The notes under the pieces are model-generated. The model did not search any database and was not told the origin of the DNA. It saw nothing but the letters and a program-made list of their open reading frames with translations. Positions 20,061 through 29,555 of a DNA stretch of 64,000 nt are shown here, piece after piece. Both the position numbers and the translations under genes were made by a program. The DNA comes from an uncultured Thermoprotei archaeon (GTDB taxonomy: Archaea; Thermoproteota; Thermoprotei; Thermofilales; B15-G2), in the NCBI GenBank assembly GCA_965367815.1, contig CBDUKN010000010.1:1-64000 (forward strand), written 5' to 3'. Within the stretch, counting starts at the first letter, position 1; each line of letters opens with the position of its first letter.

Positions 20061-20580
20061 GCGCTTAATAGCGGTTCTCTTCTTGAGAAGCAGAAGCAGA
20101 CCAGGCGTCAGAGGATACGAGTTAAGGAAGCTTCTAGGAGAAAACTACATGGAAGTAGTGAGAGCAGCTCAAAGAAAGCTAGAAGACTTAGGACTCGAGA
20201 TAAAAGCAGTTACCGACGACGGGAAAATACTAGATATAAGTAGCGAGGAAGATTTTAGTGAAGCTCGCTTCGTGTTAGTTGTTAGAGAAGAGCTTAAGCC
20301 CGAGGAACTTAAGAGCTGTGGCTGGAGAATAGACGATATTGCTGTGCTAGCTACAGCCATAATCTATATTCTCTCGCTCAGAGGAAAAGCTCCTAGAGAA
20401 AATATAGTGAACTTGCTTAAAGATAAAATTCCTGAATGGAGAGTGAATACAGCGTTAGATAGGTTCATTAAGGCAGGCTATCTTGAAGAAGAAAATGATT
20501 TACTCAAGCTAGGGTGGAGAACTTACGCTGAAGTCAACTTAGAGAAATTGATGACGTTATTTCGAGCTCCGAGTGAGTAG
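20026..20580 (+). CDS. Kite-type tandem winged-helix protein (Nse1/Nse3-like)
   Basis: Two WH units; ends LDRFIKAGYL...LKLGWRTYAEV; overlaps the kleisin gene. Confidence 0.6.
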   Translation: MPRKRKLEKKVKRLIAVLFLRSRSRPGVRGYELRKLLGENYMEVVRAAQRKLEDLGLEIKAVTDDGKILDISSEEDFSEARFVLVVREELKPEELKSCGWRIDDIAVLATAIIYILSLRGKAPRENIVNLLKDKIPEWRVNTALDRFIKAGYLEEENDLLKLGWRTYAEVNLEKLMTLFRAPSE

Positions 20581-21873
20581 TTTGAGGTCTATTAGCCATC
20601 TCCAGAGAGGCTTAACTTCTATTTCTCTATTATCTTCTAGTATTTTGTCTTCTTGACTCCAAGTAACTATTACCAGTTTTTTGCATTTAAGTTCTTTTGA
20701 AGCTTTAACAAGGGTTTTTACTTCTCTTTTCCATTGTTCTCTATCATCGTATCTCAAGTAGTATGTAACTTGTATAAGTTGTTTAACTTCACCTTTATCT
20801 ACTATAATAAAGTCTACTTCATTATCGTTAATTTTATAATAAAATATGTTTTCGTTTTCAATAAATCCTCTTTTTCTAAGCTCCATGAAAACTAAGTTTT
20901 CTAATAATTGACCTTGCATTTCGGGAGTAATTACATTGTATACTCTAGCGAGGCCATTATCTACGACATAGATTTTTGGAATACTTTGCTCAACTATTCT
21001 TAGCGAGTAGGAGAAGCGTCTTAAAGGGAAGGCTATGTACGCGTCGTTCATATAGTCTAAGTAGCTATAGAGAGAGTTTTTGCTTATTCTAAGTCCTAGA
21101 GATTTCATGTAGTTAGCTACCTTATTAATTGAAAAGTATCGTGCAAAACTAGTGAAAACTATTTTGAAGAATAGTTTAACAGTATCTATTCTTCTGATCT
21201 TATATCTTTCTACAATATCTCTATAGAACATTACTTCCGCGTATTCTCTTAATATTTTTTCTTTTTCTTCTCTGAGAATTACTTCAGGAAATCCTCCATA
21301 TTCTAAGTATTTTTCTGCTTCTCTTTTTATAGCTGCTTCTTCTCTTGATGAAAAATACTTGCCTAAGGGCAAATTTCTCGCTTTAAGTACTTCAGTAAAA
21401 GTAAACGGGAAAATTTCATAAACTACTGTTCTCCCCCTTAAAAGAGACGCTATTTCTTTAGATAAAAGCCTTGAAGAAGATCCAGTTATGTAAACCAGTA
21501 TTCCTTCTCGTTCAACAGCTCTCTTGACAAAACGCTCCCATGAATCTACTTCTTGAATTTCATCTAGGAATAAGTATACTGGTTTTTTACCTAGAATTTC
21601 GCGAGAGACTTTAAGTAGGAGATCTAAGTCTTTTAGACTAGGAGGATATATTCTATCGTCGTCTAGAGGAAAGAAGATCGAGGGACTATCTTTCCTAATT
21701 TTTTGATATAGGTAAAGTAGGTAGAAAGTTTTGCCAGCTCTTCTAGGACCGACTATAGATATGGCTTTCCTAAAGGTGTAGTCTAGAGGCACTTTGAGTT
21801 CTCTTTCTATAATTTCTTCTTCTTTTTCCTGAAATTCCTTTATTATTTGACCTATAGCGTATTCTTTGCTCAT
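20557..21873 (-). CDS. AAA_14 ATPase with DUF4143 domain
   Basis: GPRRAGKT, FLDEIQ, ITGSSS, GGFPE, KIYVVDNGL, ENLV, EVDF, IQV. Confidence 0.92.
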   Translation of the reverse strand: MSKEYAIGQIIKEFQEKEEEIIERELKVPLDYTFRKAISIVGPRRAGKTFYLLYLYQKIRKDSPSIFFPLDDDRIYPPSLKDLDLLLKVSREILGKKPVYLFLDEIQEVDSWERFVKRAVEREGILVYITGSSSRLLSKEIASLLRGRTVVYEIFPFTFTEVLKARNLPLGKYFSSREEAAIKREAEKYLEYGGFPEVILREEKEKILREYAEVMFYRDIVERYKIRRIDTVKLFFKIVFTSFARYFSINKVANYMKSLGLRISKNSLYSYLDYMNDAYIAFPLRRFSYSLRIVEQSIPKIYVVDNGLARVYNVITPEMQGQLLENLVFMELRKRGFIENENIFYYKINDNEVDFIIVDKGEVKQLIQVTYYLRYDDREQWKREVKTLVKASKELKCKKLVIVTWSQEDKILEDNREIEVKPLWRWLIDLKLLTRSSK

Positions 21874-21897
21874 TTGTTAAGTATAAAGGGAAACTTT

Positions 21898-22599
21898 CTA
21901 TAAAATATTTCCCTCTATACTGGAAACCTCAAGTTCTCTCAGCTCACCATTTTCTAAGATAAATGTTTTTTCTGCTATTGAAAATATGCGTTTTCTATGA
22001 GAAGCTATAATTATTTTTGTTTTACTAGAGATTTCTTTAAGTAAGTTAAGCACAAGAGACTCTTTTTTAGAGTCGAGGTTCGCTAAAGGCTCATCGAGTA
22101 GCAGGTATTTAGGCTCTACTACAATAGCCCTAGCTAAAGCTACTAGCCGCGTTTCTCCAGCTGACAGTTCACGCGACTTTCTTTCTAGTAAATGCTTTAT
22201 GCCAAGTGATTCTGCAACACTCAGCACTCTTCTTTCTCTCTCGCCTGCAGAAATACCTCTAATTTTAAGCGGATACTCTATATTTCTGTACACCGTGCCT
22301 CTGAACAAAAAGGGTTTTTCGTGAACATAGATTATCTGCCTGCGAAGCTCAAGTCTCTCTTTTTCATCTACACTCCACAAGTCTTTACCTAATATAATGA
22401 TTTTTCCTCTAGTTGGCTTAAGTAAGCCTCCCATACATTTAAGGAGAGTAGTTTTCCCGGAGCCATTAGGTCCTACAATAACTAATATCCTTTTATTAAA
22501 TGTAAATGATATTCCCTTGAGAACATATTCTCTACTGTACTTGAACCAGAGGTTTTCGACGATAACTGCTTCTTTGCTGGCAGCTTCAGTTAACTGCAT
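21898..22599 (-). CDS. tupC: Tungstate ABC transporter ATPase
   Basis: GPNGSGKTT, LSAGE, LLLDEP; operon with tupAB. Confidence 0.8.
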   Translation of the reverse strand: MQLTEAASKEAVIVENLWFKYSREYVLKGISFTFNKRILVIVGPNGSGKTTLLKCMGGLLKPTRGKIIILGKDLWSVDEKERLELRRQIIYVHEKPFLFRGTVYRNIEYPLKIRGISAGERERRVLSVAESLGIKHLLERKSRELSAGETRLVALARAIVVEPKYLLLDEPLANLDSKKESLVLNLLKEISSKTKIIIASHRKRIFSIAEKTFILENGELRELEVSSIEGNIL

Positions 22600-23232
22600 T
22601 TATTTTTCACCTATTGCTCTTATCATGATAGTTAGCAAGACTATTACTACTATGAAGACGGCTCCTAGATTTAATGCTTGCTCAAAGTTTCCTTTAACTA
22701 CTTCAAGTGCAATAGCTGTGGTCATTACTCTAGTGTAGCCCCTAATATTGCCTCCGAGCATTAGTGCTACGCCGAGCTCTCCTATAGCTCTATTAAATCC
22801 TATTAGAATAGATCTTACTAAGAGAGGAAGTCCTTCATGTAGTAAAGCAAAGTAGGCTTGACTAGAAGTTGCTCCTAAAGCAAAAGCTGTTTCAAGTACA
22901 TTTTCCTTTATTCTACTCAAGCTATTTGACAAAACAGACACTATTAGCGGAGTAATTAACAGTGCTTGACCAATTGAAATAGCTAGAGGTGTGTAGAGGA
23001 GTTCTAGGAAGCCGAGAGGCCCTGATCTAGATAAAATCATGTACAGGCAAAGCCCTAGGACTACGGTAGGTATTGAGACAAGAGAATTGAAGATATCTAG
23101 CAGTACTCGAGATAAACGGGTCTTAAAAACTGTTAGTACTAGTGCCAGCGGTATACTCCAAAGTGATGCTAGCAGTGTTGCTAGTCCAGAAACAGTTATT
23201 GAGCGTAAAACAATAGAAACTAGTTCATTCAT
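22600..23232 (-). CDS. tupB: Tungstate ABC transporter permease
   Basis: SRSGPLG, GELGVALMLGGNIRGYTRVMTTAIALE. Confidence 0.9.
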   Translation of the reverse strand: MNELVSIVLRSITVSGLATLLASLWSIPLALVLTVFKTRLSRVLLDIFNSLVSIPTVVLGLCLYMILSRSGPLGFLELLYTPLAISIGQALLITPLIVSVLSNSLSRIKENVLETAFALGATSSQAYFALLHEGLPLLVRSILIGFNRAIGELGVALMLGGNIRGYTRVMTTAIALEVVKGNFEQALNLGAVFIVVIVLLTIMIRAIGEK

Positions 23233-24133
23233 AGCTCCCTTCCGCTAATAGCTCCCAGGCTTTCTCTAAATAGCTTAGCGGCTTCGATGAAATAGGGTAG
23301 AAAAGCGGTATCCCGTAGTCTTTTACACCGTAGTTAGCTATCAGCTTCTGTGCTTTGCTCGATTTAAGGAATTCTATGAAAAGAGAAGCTTCCTTCAGCT
23401 TGCTAGATCCTTTAACTAGGTATGCGCTGTAAATATTGAAGAGTATAGTGTCTCCTGAAGCAAGTATTTTAAGTTCTTTTAGCTGCTTTTGAAACTTAAG
23501 GAAAGTACCTATATCCGATAAAGTATAAGCTTTCTTTTCATTAGCTATCATTAGTGTCTCACTCATACCAGTACCCGACTCAATGTACCATTTTCTTCCA
23601 TGGGGGTCTAGGCCCGCTTTTTTCCATATTATGAGTTCTCTGACATGAGTTCCCGAGAGATCTCCTCTAGAAACAAATAGTGCTTTGCCTTTTTCGCCGG
23701 CTTCAAAAATTCTCTTAAAGGCTTCCACTGGATCTAGTCCAGCTATGTGGGCTGGATCGTCTTTAGGCCCTACTATTACGAAAAAGTTGTAGGCGAAAAT
23801 TGTTCTGTTGAATATAACTCCTTTCTCAATGTACTTTTTCTCCAAGTTTGGAGCGTGGACTAGAACTAAGTCAGCGTCACCTTTCTCGGCTCTCTTCAAG
23901 GCTTCTCCACTGCCCACTGCGACAAAATTCAGCACTATATTTGAGTGTTTTTCCTGAAACTTCTCTGCCAGAGCGTCTAATAGTCCGGTAGCGTAGAGAC
24001 TTGTTGTGGTTGAGACTATTACAACTGTTTTTCTCGATAAGTAGAAGTACTTGTAGAACATGTATGTGGCTAAAATGGCTACAATTACTACTGCTGCTAA
24101 GACCAGTATTTTTCTCGACATATCGTTATCCAA
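23225..24133 (-). CDS. tupA: Tungstate-binding protein (likely start ATG 24121)
   Basis: STTTSLYATGLL, VGSGEAL, VHAP, FVSRGDLSGTH, AYTLSDIGT. Confidence 0.92.
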   Translation of the reverse strand: MDNDMSRKILVLAAVVIVAILATYMFYKYFYLSRKTVVIVSTTTSLYATGLLDALAEKFQEKHSNIVLNFVAVGSGEALKRAEKGDADLVLVHAPNLEKKYIEKGVIFNRTIFAYNFFVIVGPKDDPAHIAGLDPVEAFKRIFEAGEKGKALFVSRGDLSGTHVRELIIWKKAGLDPHGRKWYIESGTGMSETLMIANEKKAYTLSDIGTFLKFQKQLKELKILASGDTILFNIYSAYLVKGSSKLKEASLFIEFLKSSKAQKLIANYGVKDYGIPLFYPISSKPLSYLEKAWELLAEGSYE

Positions 24134-24149
24134 TATCAGACAACGATAT
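24120..24149. promoter_or_regulatory. ModE-box-like palindrome at the tupA start
   Basis: ATATCGTT-N14-AACGATAT between tupA and the divergent ModE-like regulator. Confidence 0.6.
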
Positions 24150-24200
24150 ATATTATTTATTAATCCAATATGATATAAGGCTGAAACACTATTTATAACT

Positions 24201-25280
24201 GTGGAAGTATTAAATGAGCTTCAGTTTGAAGTAGACTTAGTAGTAAAGCTTAGAGATAAAATTATAATGAATAAAAGTACTGCACTACTTTTAAAAGCTA
24301 TACAAGAGAAAGGGTCTATTTTAGCGGCTTGTAGAGCGCTAAAAATACCCTATTCACGAGGGTGGGAAACAATAGCTAGACTTGAAAGAATGCTAGGACT
24401 AAAAGTAATTGAAGCTAGCAGAGGAGGAGCTAAAAGAGGAGGAGCTAGTTTAACTGAAGTAGGAGAAAAACTTCTTGAAAAGTATTTTGAAAAGTATAGA
24501 AAACTTGTAGAAAAAGAAGAAGCTATTGGCGAGGCGAAAGCACCAGACTTAGTTTTAGCAGGAAGCCATGATCCGATACTCGAAGAAATAATAGAAAGCT
24601 TCAAGGAAAAATGCCCTGAATTAGATATTGAAGTTTCATGGATAGGTTCAGCTGGAGGACTTGCCTCACTAATGCTCGGTGAAGCAGATATTGCTGGAAC
24701 ACACCTCTACGATGAAGAAACAAAAACATACAACATACCCTTCCTCAAAAGATACTGGCTTGAAGACAAAGTAATAGTAATAAAAGGATTTGAAAGAAAC
24801 CTCGGCTTCGTGTACCATCCTTCAGTTAAGTTCACTGGAGTAGACGACATACTAGAAGGCAAAGTTAAAGTAGTGAACAGAATACTTGGCTCGGGTACTA
24901 GAACATTCTTTGATCTACTATTAAAAAAGAAAGCATTAGAAAAAAATATAGATCCTTACTCAATACCAAAAATAGTTAAAGGCTACAATCTAGAAGTAAA
25001 AACACACTATGATGTAGCAAAAGCCATACTAGACGGAAAAGCCGAAGTAGGATTAACTCTCGAATACATCGCCGATAAATATGGTCTCAAATATATACCA
25101 ATTCAGTGGGAGAACTATGACTTTGCAGTACACTTAAACTCGCTAAAAAAGAAATATGTTAAAAAGCTGCTAGACTATCTAAAATCATCTAAAGTGATAA
25201 ATACTATCAAGGCGGCGAAAGGCTACCGACTACCATTTAATTACAGCAAAATAATCTATAAGCCCAACTTGACTGAGTGA
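24201..25280 (+). CDS. ModE-type HTH fused to a PBP-like molybdate/tungstate-binding domain
   Basis: LLKAIQEKGSILAAC...YSRGW...RGGAKRGGASLT; AGSHD, GSAGGL, AGTHL, NRILGSGTR. Confidence 0.88.
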   Translation: MEVLNELQFEVDLVVKLRDKIIMNKSTALLLKAIQEKGSILAACRALKIPYSRGWETIARLERMLGLKVIEASRGGAKRGGASLTEVGEKLLEKYFEKYRKLVEKEEAIGEAKAPDLVLAGSHDPILEEIIESFKEKCPELDIEVSWIGSAGGLASLMLGEADIAGTHLYDEETKTYNIPFLKRYWLEDKVIVIKGFERNLGFVYHPSVKFTGVDDILEGKVKVVNRILGSGTRTFFDLLLKKKALEKNIDPYSIPKIVKGYNLEVKTHYDVAKAILDGKAEVGLTLEYIADKYGLKYIPIQWENYDFAVHLNSLKKKYVKKLLDYLKSSKVINTIKAAKGYRLPFNYSKIIYKPNLTE

Positions 25281-25351
25281 ACTAACTAAATACTCAGCAT
25301 TTAGAAACATGATGCATAGACTTATAAAAATTTATGAAGATATAAGAGTGC

Positions 25352-25667
25352 ATGGATGAGCGTTCTTTTCGTGACAAATTTAAGAGAACATTTAATATAG
25401 TATTTACATCGCATGCAATAGAAAGTTTATTAAAAAGATCGATAAAAGAAGAAACAGTGTTAAATGCGTTAGATTCGCCTGATAAAATCTTATTGGATGT
25501 CGAAACCAAGTACTTAATATTTATAAAAGAAACTGGACTCACAGTCAATAATTGTAGTTTGTGACATAGAAGAAGAAACTTATAAAGTAGTGACAGCATA
25601 TAAATCCTCTAGAGTAGAGAAAATAGTATCAAGAAAAATTAAGAAAAAGCGGTGGGTGGAATTATGA
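25352..25667 (+). pseudogene. DUF4258 (RelE-like) toxin, frameshifted
   Basis: FTSHAIE..LKRSI; extra A in the run at 25525-25528, then KKLDSQSIIVVC...KVVTAY...RWVEL*, overlapping the next gene by ATGA. Confidence 0.7.
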
Positions 25668-25894
25668 AAGTACGTTATGACAAAAAATATGATATTCTCT
25701 ACATAGATCTCTATCCAGAGAAAAAGGCTAGTGAAACAGTGCCGCTAAATGATGATATATATGCAGACGTAGATGAGAATGGAAACATAATTGGATTAGA
25801 AATTTGGAGAGCATCACAAACAATAGCAAAGCCAATCGCGGAAACAATAGTAAAAGAAATAAAGAAAGCACTTAAGCAAAGGCTCATAGAATAA
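25664..25894 (+). CDS. DUF2283 putative antitoxin
   Basis: MKVRYDKKYDILYI...DVDENGNIIGLEIWRAS. Confidence 0.88.
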   Translation: MKVRYDKKYDILYIDLYPEKKASETVPLNDDIYADVDENGNIIGLEIWRASQTIAKPIAETIVKEIKKALKQRLIE

Positions 25895-26128
25895 TAGCAA
25901 AGATCTTCTGTCAAGTTTAAATTTATTTCCTTTGATATTAATCAATAAAAGAATAGCTAGCTAATAAATTGAAGACTTATTAGATTACGAATTTTTAAGG
26001 GTCTTTAAAGGAAAGCACATAAATTGTAAGATGTTAGTGTTTTCTAAGGAGTTAGTGGTCGAAAATAGGCTATTACTTTGAGTACTTTAAGGTTAATGTT
26101 AAAGTGAGTCTAAGTGTATTAGTTAGTA

Positions 26129-28957
26129 GTGTCTAGTGTTTTAGACATGTTTACTCCTCTCGTAAGAAAACTTATTGAGGAACGAGGGTTTAGTGAGCTT
26201 ACTCCTCCACAGAAAGCAGCTATACCGCTTATATTGAAAGGACATAATGTGCTTATAGTTGCTCCCACTGGAACAGGTAAAACAGAAGCAGCAGTAATTC
26301 CTGTAGCTGACTTAATGTTGCGTGAAGAGCGGAGGCCTGGAGTAAAGCTAATTTATATTACTCCGCTGAGAGCTCTCAACCGCGATATTCTTGAGCGTAT
26401 TGAGTGGTGGTTTAGAAAGCTAGATTTCCGCGTAGCTGTCCGCCACGGCGATACAAGTGCTTCTGAGAGACGTTTCCAGGCAATTCACCCGCCAGATGTG
26501 CTCGTAACGACTCCAGAGACTTTTCAGCTTCTTTTCCTCGGCAAGCTTCTCAAAAAGAGTCTTCTTTCGGTTAAATGGGTTATAGTAGACGAAGTACATG
26601 AAATTGCTTCGAGTAAAAGAGGAGTTCAGCTAGCTGTGCTCTTAAGGAGGCTGACTAGGCTAACGGGAAGCGAGCCTCAGATAATAGGGCTTTCAGCTAC
26701 TGTAGGCAATCCCAGCGAAGTAGCGGAGTTCTTAGTGGGCTGCGGCAAAGAATGTAAAGTAGTTTACGTACCGGTAGCTAAGCAGATAGAAGTAAGTGTC
26801 GAGTACCCTAAGCCTTCTCGAGGAGACGAAGAAGAAGCAAGTAAACTTTACTTGAGGCCGGATGCTTTCGCCAGACTAAAGTTCATTAAGAAACTAGTCT
26901 TAGAAAACAGAGCTGTTCTCATCTTCACTAACACTAGACCTATGGCAGAACTACTTTCCAGTAGATTTAAGCTATGGGACCCTAATCTACCTATACATAT
27001 TCACCATGGAAGCCTATCTGTTCTAAGTAGGACGAAAGCAGAGAGAATGCTGAAAACAGGCAAAGCTAAGGGAATTATATGTACTTCTTCGCTTGAACTT
27101 GGAATAGACGTAGGGCACATAGATCTTGTCGTGCAGTATAATTCGCCGCGCCAAGTATCGAAGCTAGTACAGAGAGTCGGTAGAAGCGGGCATAGAATAG
27201 GTGAAGTTAGTAGGGGAGTAGTTGTTGTACAGAATACTGATGATGCTTTAGAAGCACTAGTCTTGAAGTATTTTCTAAGTAAAGAGAAAATAGAGCCTAT
27301 TCAAATACCTGATAAGCCGTTAGATGTGCTTGCACATGAGTTACTAGGCTTGATTATAGCTGAAAAGAAAGTAGATTTAGCTAAAGCTTACCAGTTGTTC
27401 AAGGAATCTTATCCCTACAGGAATTTAGAGCTGCCTGAGTTTATGGACCTAGTATCTTTTCTCGAAGAAATTAGGCTAATTAGAAACATTGGAGGAGTAC
27501 TCGTGCTAGGCGACAGAAAGTACGCATACAAGTATTTCTACTCGAATTTATCGATGATACCTGAAGTAAAGCAGTATATTGTAGTAGACGAAAAAGAAAA
27601 ACTACCTGTAGGAGTACTAGACGACTTCTTTGTAGCACACTACTGTGAACCTGGAGTAAAATTCATTATGGCAGGTGCTCCCTGGAAAGTAAAGCAAGTA
27701 TTCGAAGACACAGTGTACGTTGAGCCTGAAGAAGACTACACTGGAGCAATACCCAGCTGGATAGGAGAAGAAATTCCTGTTCCATTTGAAGTGGCACAGG
27801 AAGTAGGTAAAGTAAGGAAGCTTACGGAAACTCTTGCTCAAAAAGGATTGAGCTTAAGTGAAGTCGCCGAAGAAATCGCGAAGAAGTATGGGTGGTGTAG
27901 AGAAATCGTCCGTGAAGCTATTCGAGATGTCTACGAGATAGCTGCAAGGAAAATACCTGTACCTTCTCACGACACCATAGTAGTAGAGAAGTTCAAGGAC
28001 ATAATAGCAGTACACATGCACTTCGGAAATAGAGTAAACAGAACTATTGGACGCTACCTGGCCTATAAAATATCAGAGCTCTACGGAGTAAGCGTACATA
28101 TAGCAGAAAAACCCTACGCAGTCTACATTAGGTCTAAGTGGATTACAGCCGAAGACATAGCAGAAATATTCTCAAAAATAAGCAGAGAAGACTTCATTAA
28201 AACCCTTGAGAAAGGTCTGCCTGAAAGCAGGTTCTTTAAGTGGAGACTGACCCAAGTAGCCAGAAGAATAGGTGTCGTAGACCCCGAAGTTAGACTTACC
28301 CAAAGCATAATAGATAAACTAGCTTCAGCACTCAAAAATACTCCAGCTTACCGAGAAGCCCTCAAAGAAACTCTTCACAGAGACCTCGACTTAAATACAG
28401 CACTTAAAGTAGTAAACAAAATAGCTCGCAAAGAAATAACAATACACATTGTAAGCGGACCTACTCCGCTTGCTCAGCAATCGCTGCTCTACGCAATTGA
28501 GTCAATGGAGCCAACAGGACTAAAAGACAGAAGAATGCTAGGCTTCCTCATATTCAAAGCAAAAATACTCTCAGCTACGGTAACAGTAGCCTGTCTATCC
28601 TGCGAAGAATACATAGAGGAGAAAAAGGCGCTCGAAGCAGAATACAAGCCATGTCCAATATGCGGATCAGAAGACATAGTTTTTAGCCTCAAGTCTCCCG
28701 AAGAGCTTTCCAGAGACATAGAGTACTATCGAGAAAAACCAAAAGCAAAGAAAAGCAAAAAACTAAAAAAGATAGCTCAACTCTACAAAAAATACGGAAT
28801 AAAAGCAGTATATGGGATAGCAGCAGGCTTCACATTAAAAGAACTATCACAAATACTCAAACAACAATACACGAACACAGACGAATACCTAAAAACACTA
28901 TACATAAACCATAAAAGAAAACAACTAAAACAAGCTAATCTTTCACATAAGCTATGA
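26129..28957 (+). CDS. lhr: Lhr-family SF2 helicase with C-terminal Zn finger
   Basis: APTGTGKTEAA, PLRALNRD, RHGDT, DEVHE, GLSAT, HHGSLS, QRVGRSGH, IPSWIGE, CLSC/CPICG. Confidence 0.95.
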   Translation: MSSVLDMFTPLVRKLIEERGFSELTPPQKAAIPLILKGHNVLIVAPTGTGKTEAAVIPVADLMLREERRPGVKLIYITPLRALNRDILERIEWWFRKLDFRVAVRHGDTSASERRFQAIHPPDVLVTTPETFQLLFLGKLLKKSLLSVKWVIVDEVHEIASSKRGVQLAVLLRRLTRLTGSEPQIIGLSATVGNPSEVAEFLVGCGKECKVVYVPVAKQIEVSVEYPKPSRGDEEEASKLYLRPDAFARLKFIKKLVLENRAVLIFTNTRPMAELLSSRFKLWDPNLPIHIHHGSLSVLSRTKAERMLKTGKAKGIICTSSLELGIDVGHIDLVVQYNSPRQVSKLVQRVGRSGHRIGEVSRGVVVVQNTDDALEALVLKYFLSKEKIEPIQIPDKPLDVLAHELLGLIIAEKKVDLAKAYQLFKESYPYRNLELPEFMDLVSFLEEIRLIRNIGGVLVLGDRKYAYKYFYSNLSMIPEVKQYIVVDEKEKLPVGVLDDFFVAHYCEPGVKFIMAGAPWKVKQVFEDTVYVEPEEDYTGAIPSWIGEEIPVPFEVAQEVGKVRKLTETLAQKGLSLSEVAEEIAKKYGWCREIVREAIRDVYEIAARKIPVPSHDTIVVEKFKDIIAVHMHFGNRVNRTIGRYLAYKISELYGVSVHIAEKPYAVYIRSKWITAEDIAEIFSKISREDFIKTLEKGLPESRFFKWRLTQVARRIGVVDPEVRLTQSIIDKLASALKNTPAYREALKETLHRDLDLNTALKVVNKIARKEITIHIVSGPTPLAQQSLLYAIESMEPTGLKDRRMLGFLIFKAKILSATVTVACLSCEEYIEEKKALEAEYKPCPICGSEDIVFSLKSPEELSRDIEYYREKPKAKKSKKLKKIAQLYKKYGIKAVYGIAAGFTLKELSQILKQQYTNTDEYLKTLYINHKRKQLKQANLSHKL

Positions 28958-29293
28958 GCTTCTGCTACGTATCGCCCATAGCAGTAAAACGCTACAAGTG
29001 TTCCTATAAAGTAGCCTATACAGGCCATAAATATCTTCCATACCAAAGGATTTAATATCCCACCAGGACGGTAAAAATTCTGCAGAAATATAGCCTACAG
29101 CTGCTCCAATAATACTCAAGATAATACCTATGGCTCCACTACCTATACCGATGAGATAAACAATAAATTCGCCAATAATCATGCCAACTAATGCATTAAT
29201 AATAACACTTAAGTCTCTATTTATCCGGTAACCAATGATTCCGCCTATAGAAAAGCCGATAATTCCGCTTATTTTACGGCTAAATATACACAT
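28952..29293 (-). CDS. Small glycine-zipper membrane protein, possibly frameshifted near its 3' end
   Basis: Repeated GxxxG helices; an alternate frame continues with a similar TM (IGYFIGTLV). Confidence 0.5.
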   Translation of the reverse strand: MCIFSRKISGIIGFSIGGIIGYRINRDLSVIINALVGMIIGEFIVYLIGIGSGAIGIILSIIGAAVGYISAEFLPSWWDIKSFGMEDIYGLYRLLYRNTCSVLLLWAIRSRSS

Positions 29294-29555
29294 GAGACTC
29301 CTCTCTCATCAATGAGTCTCAGAATCTTATACTTCTAGTCTATTATTTACTCTCTTTGAATAAAACCGCAGCCGCCGCTTATTCTCAGTGTTTTAGCTGC
29401 GGTTTATTTAATGGTAGAAAATATTTAAGACTTGTTGTGTTTAAGATAATATTGATTTTGTTTGTTGCTAGTTTACTGTGATGCTTATGGTGTTCAGAAG
29501 GTACGTGAGTATTTAATGGCGGCTGTAGGGTAGGTTGTTGGATTTCAGTAAGTGG

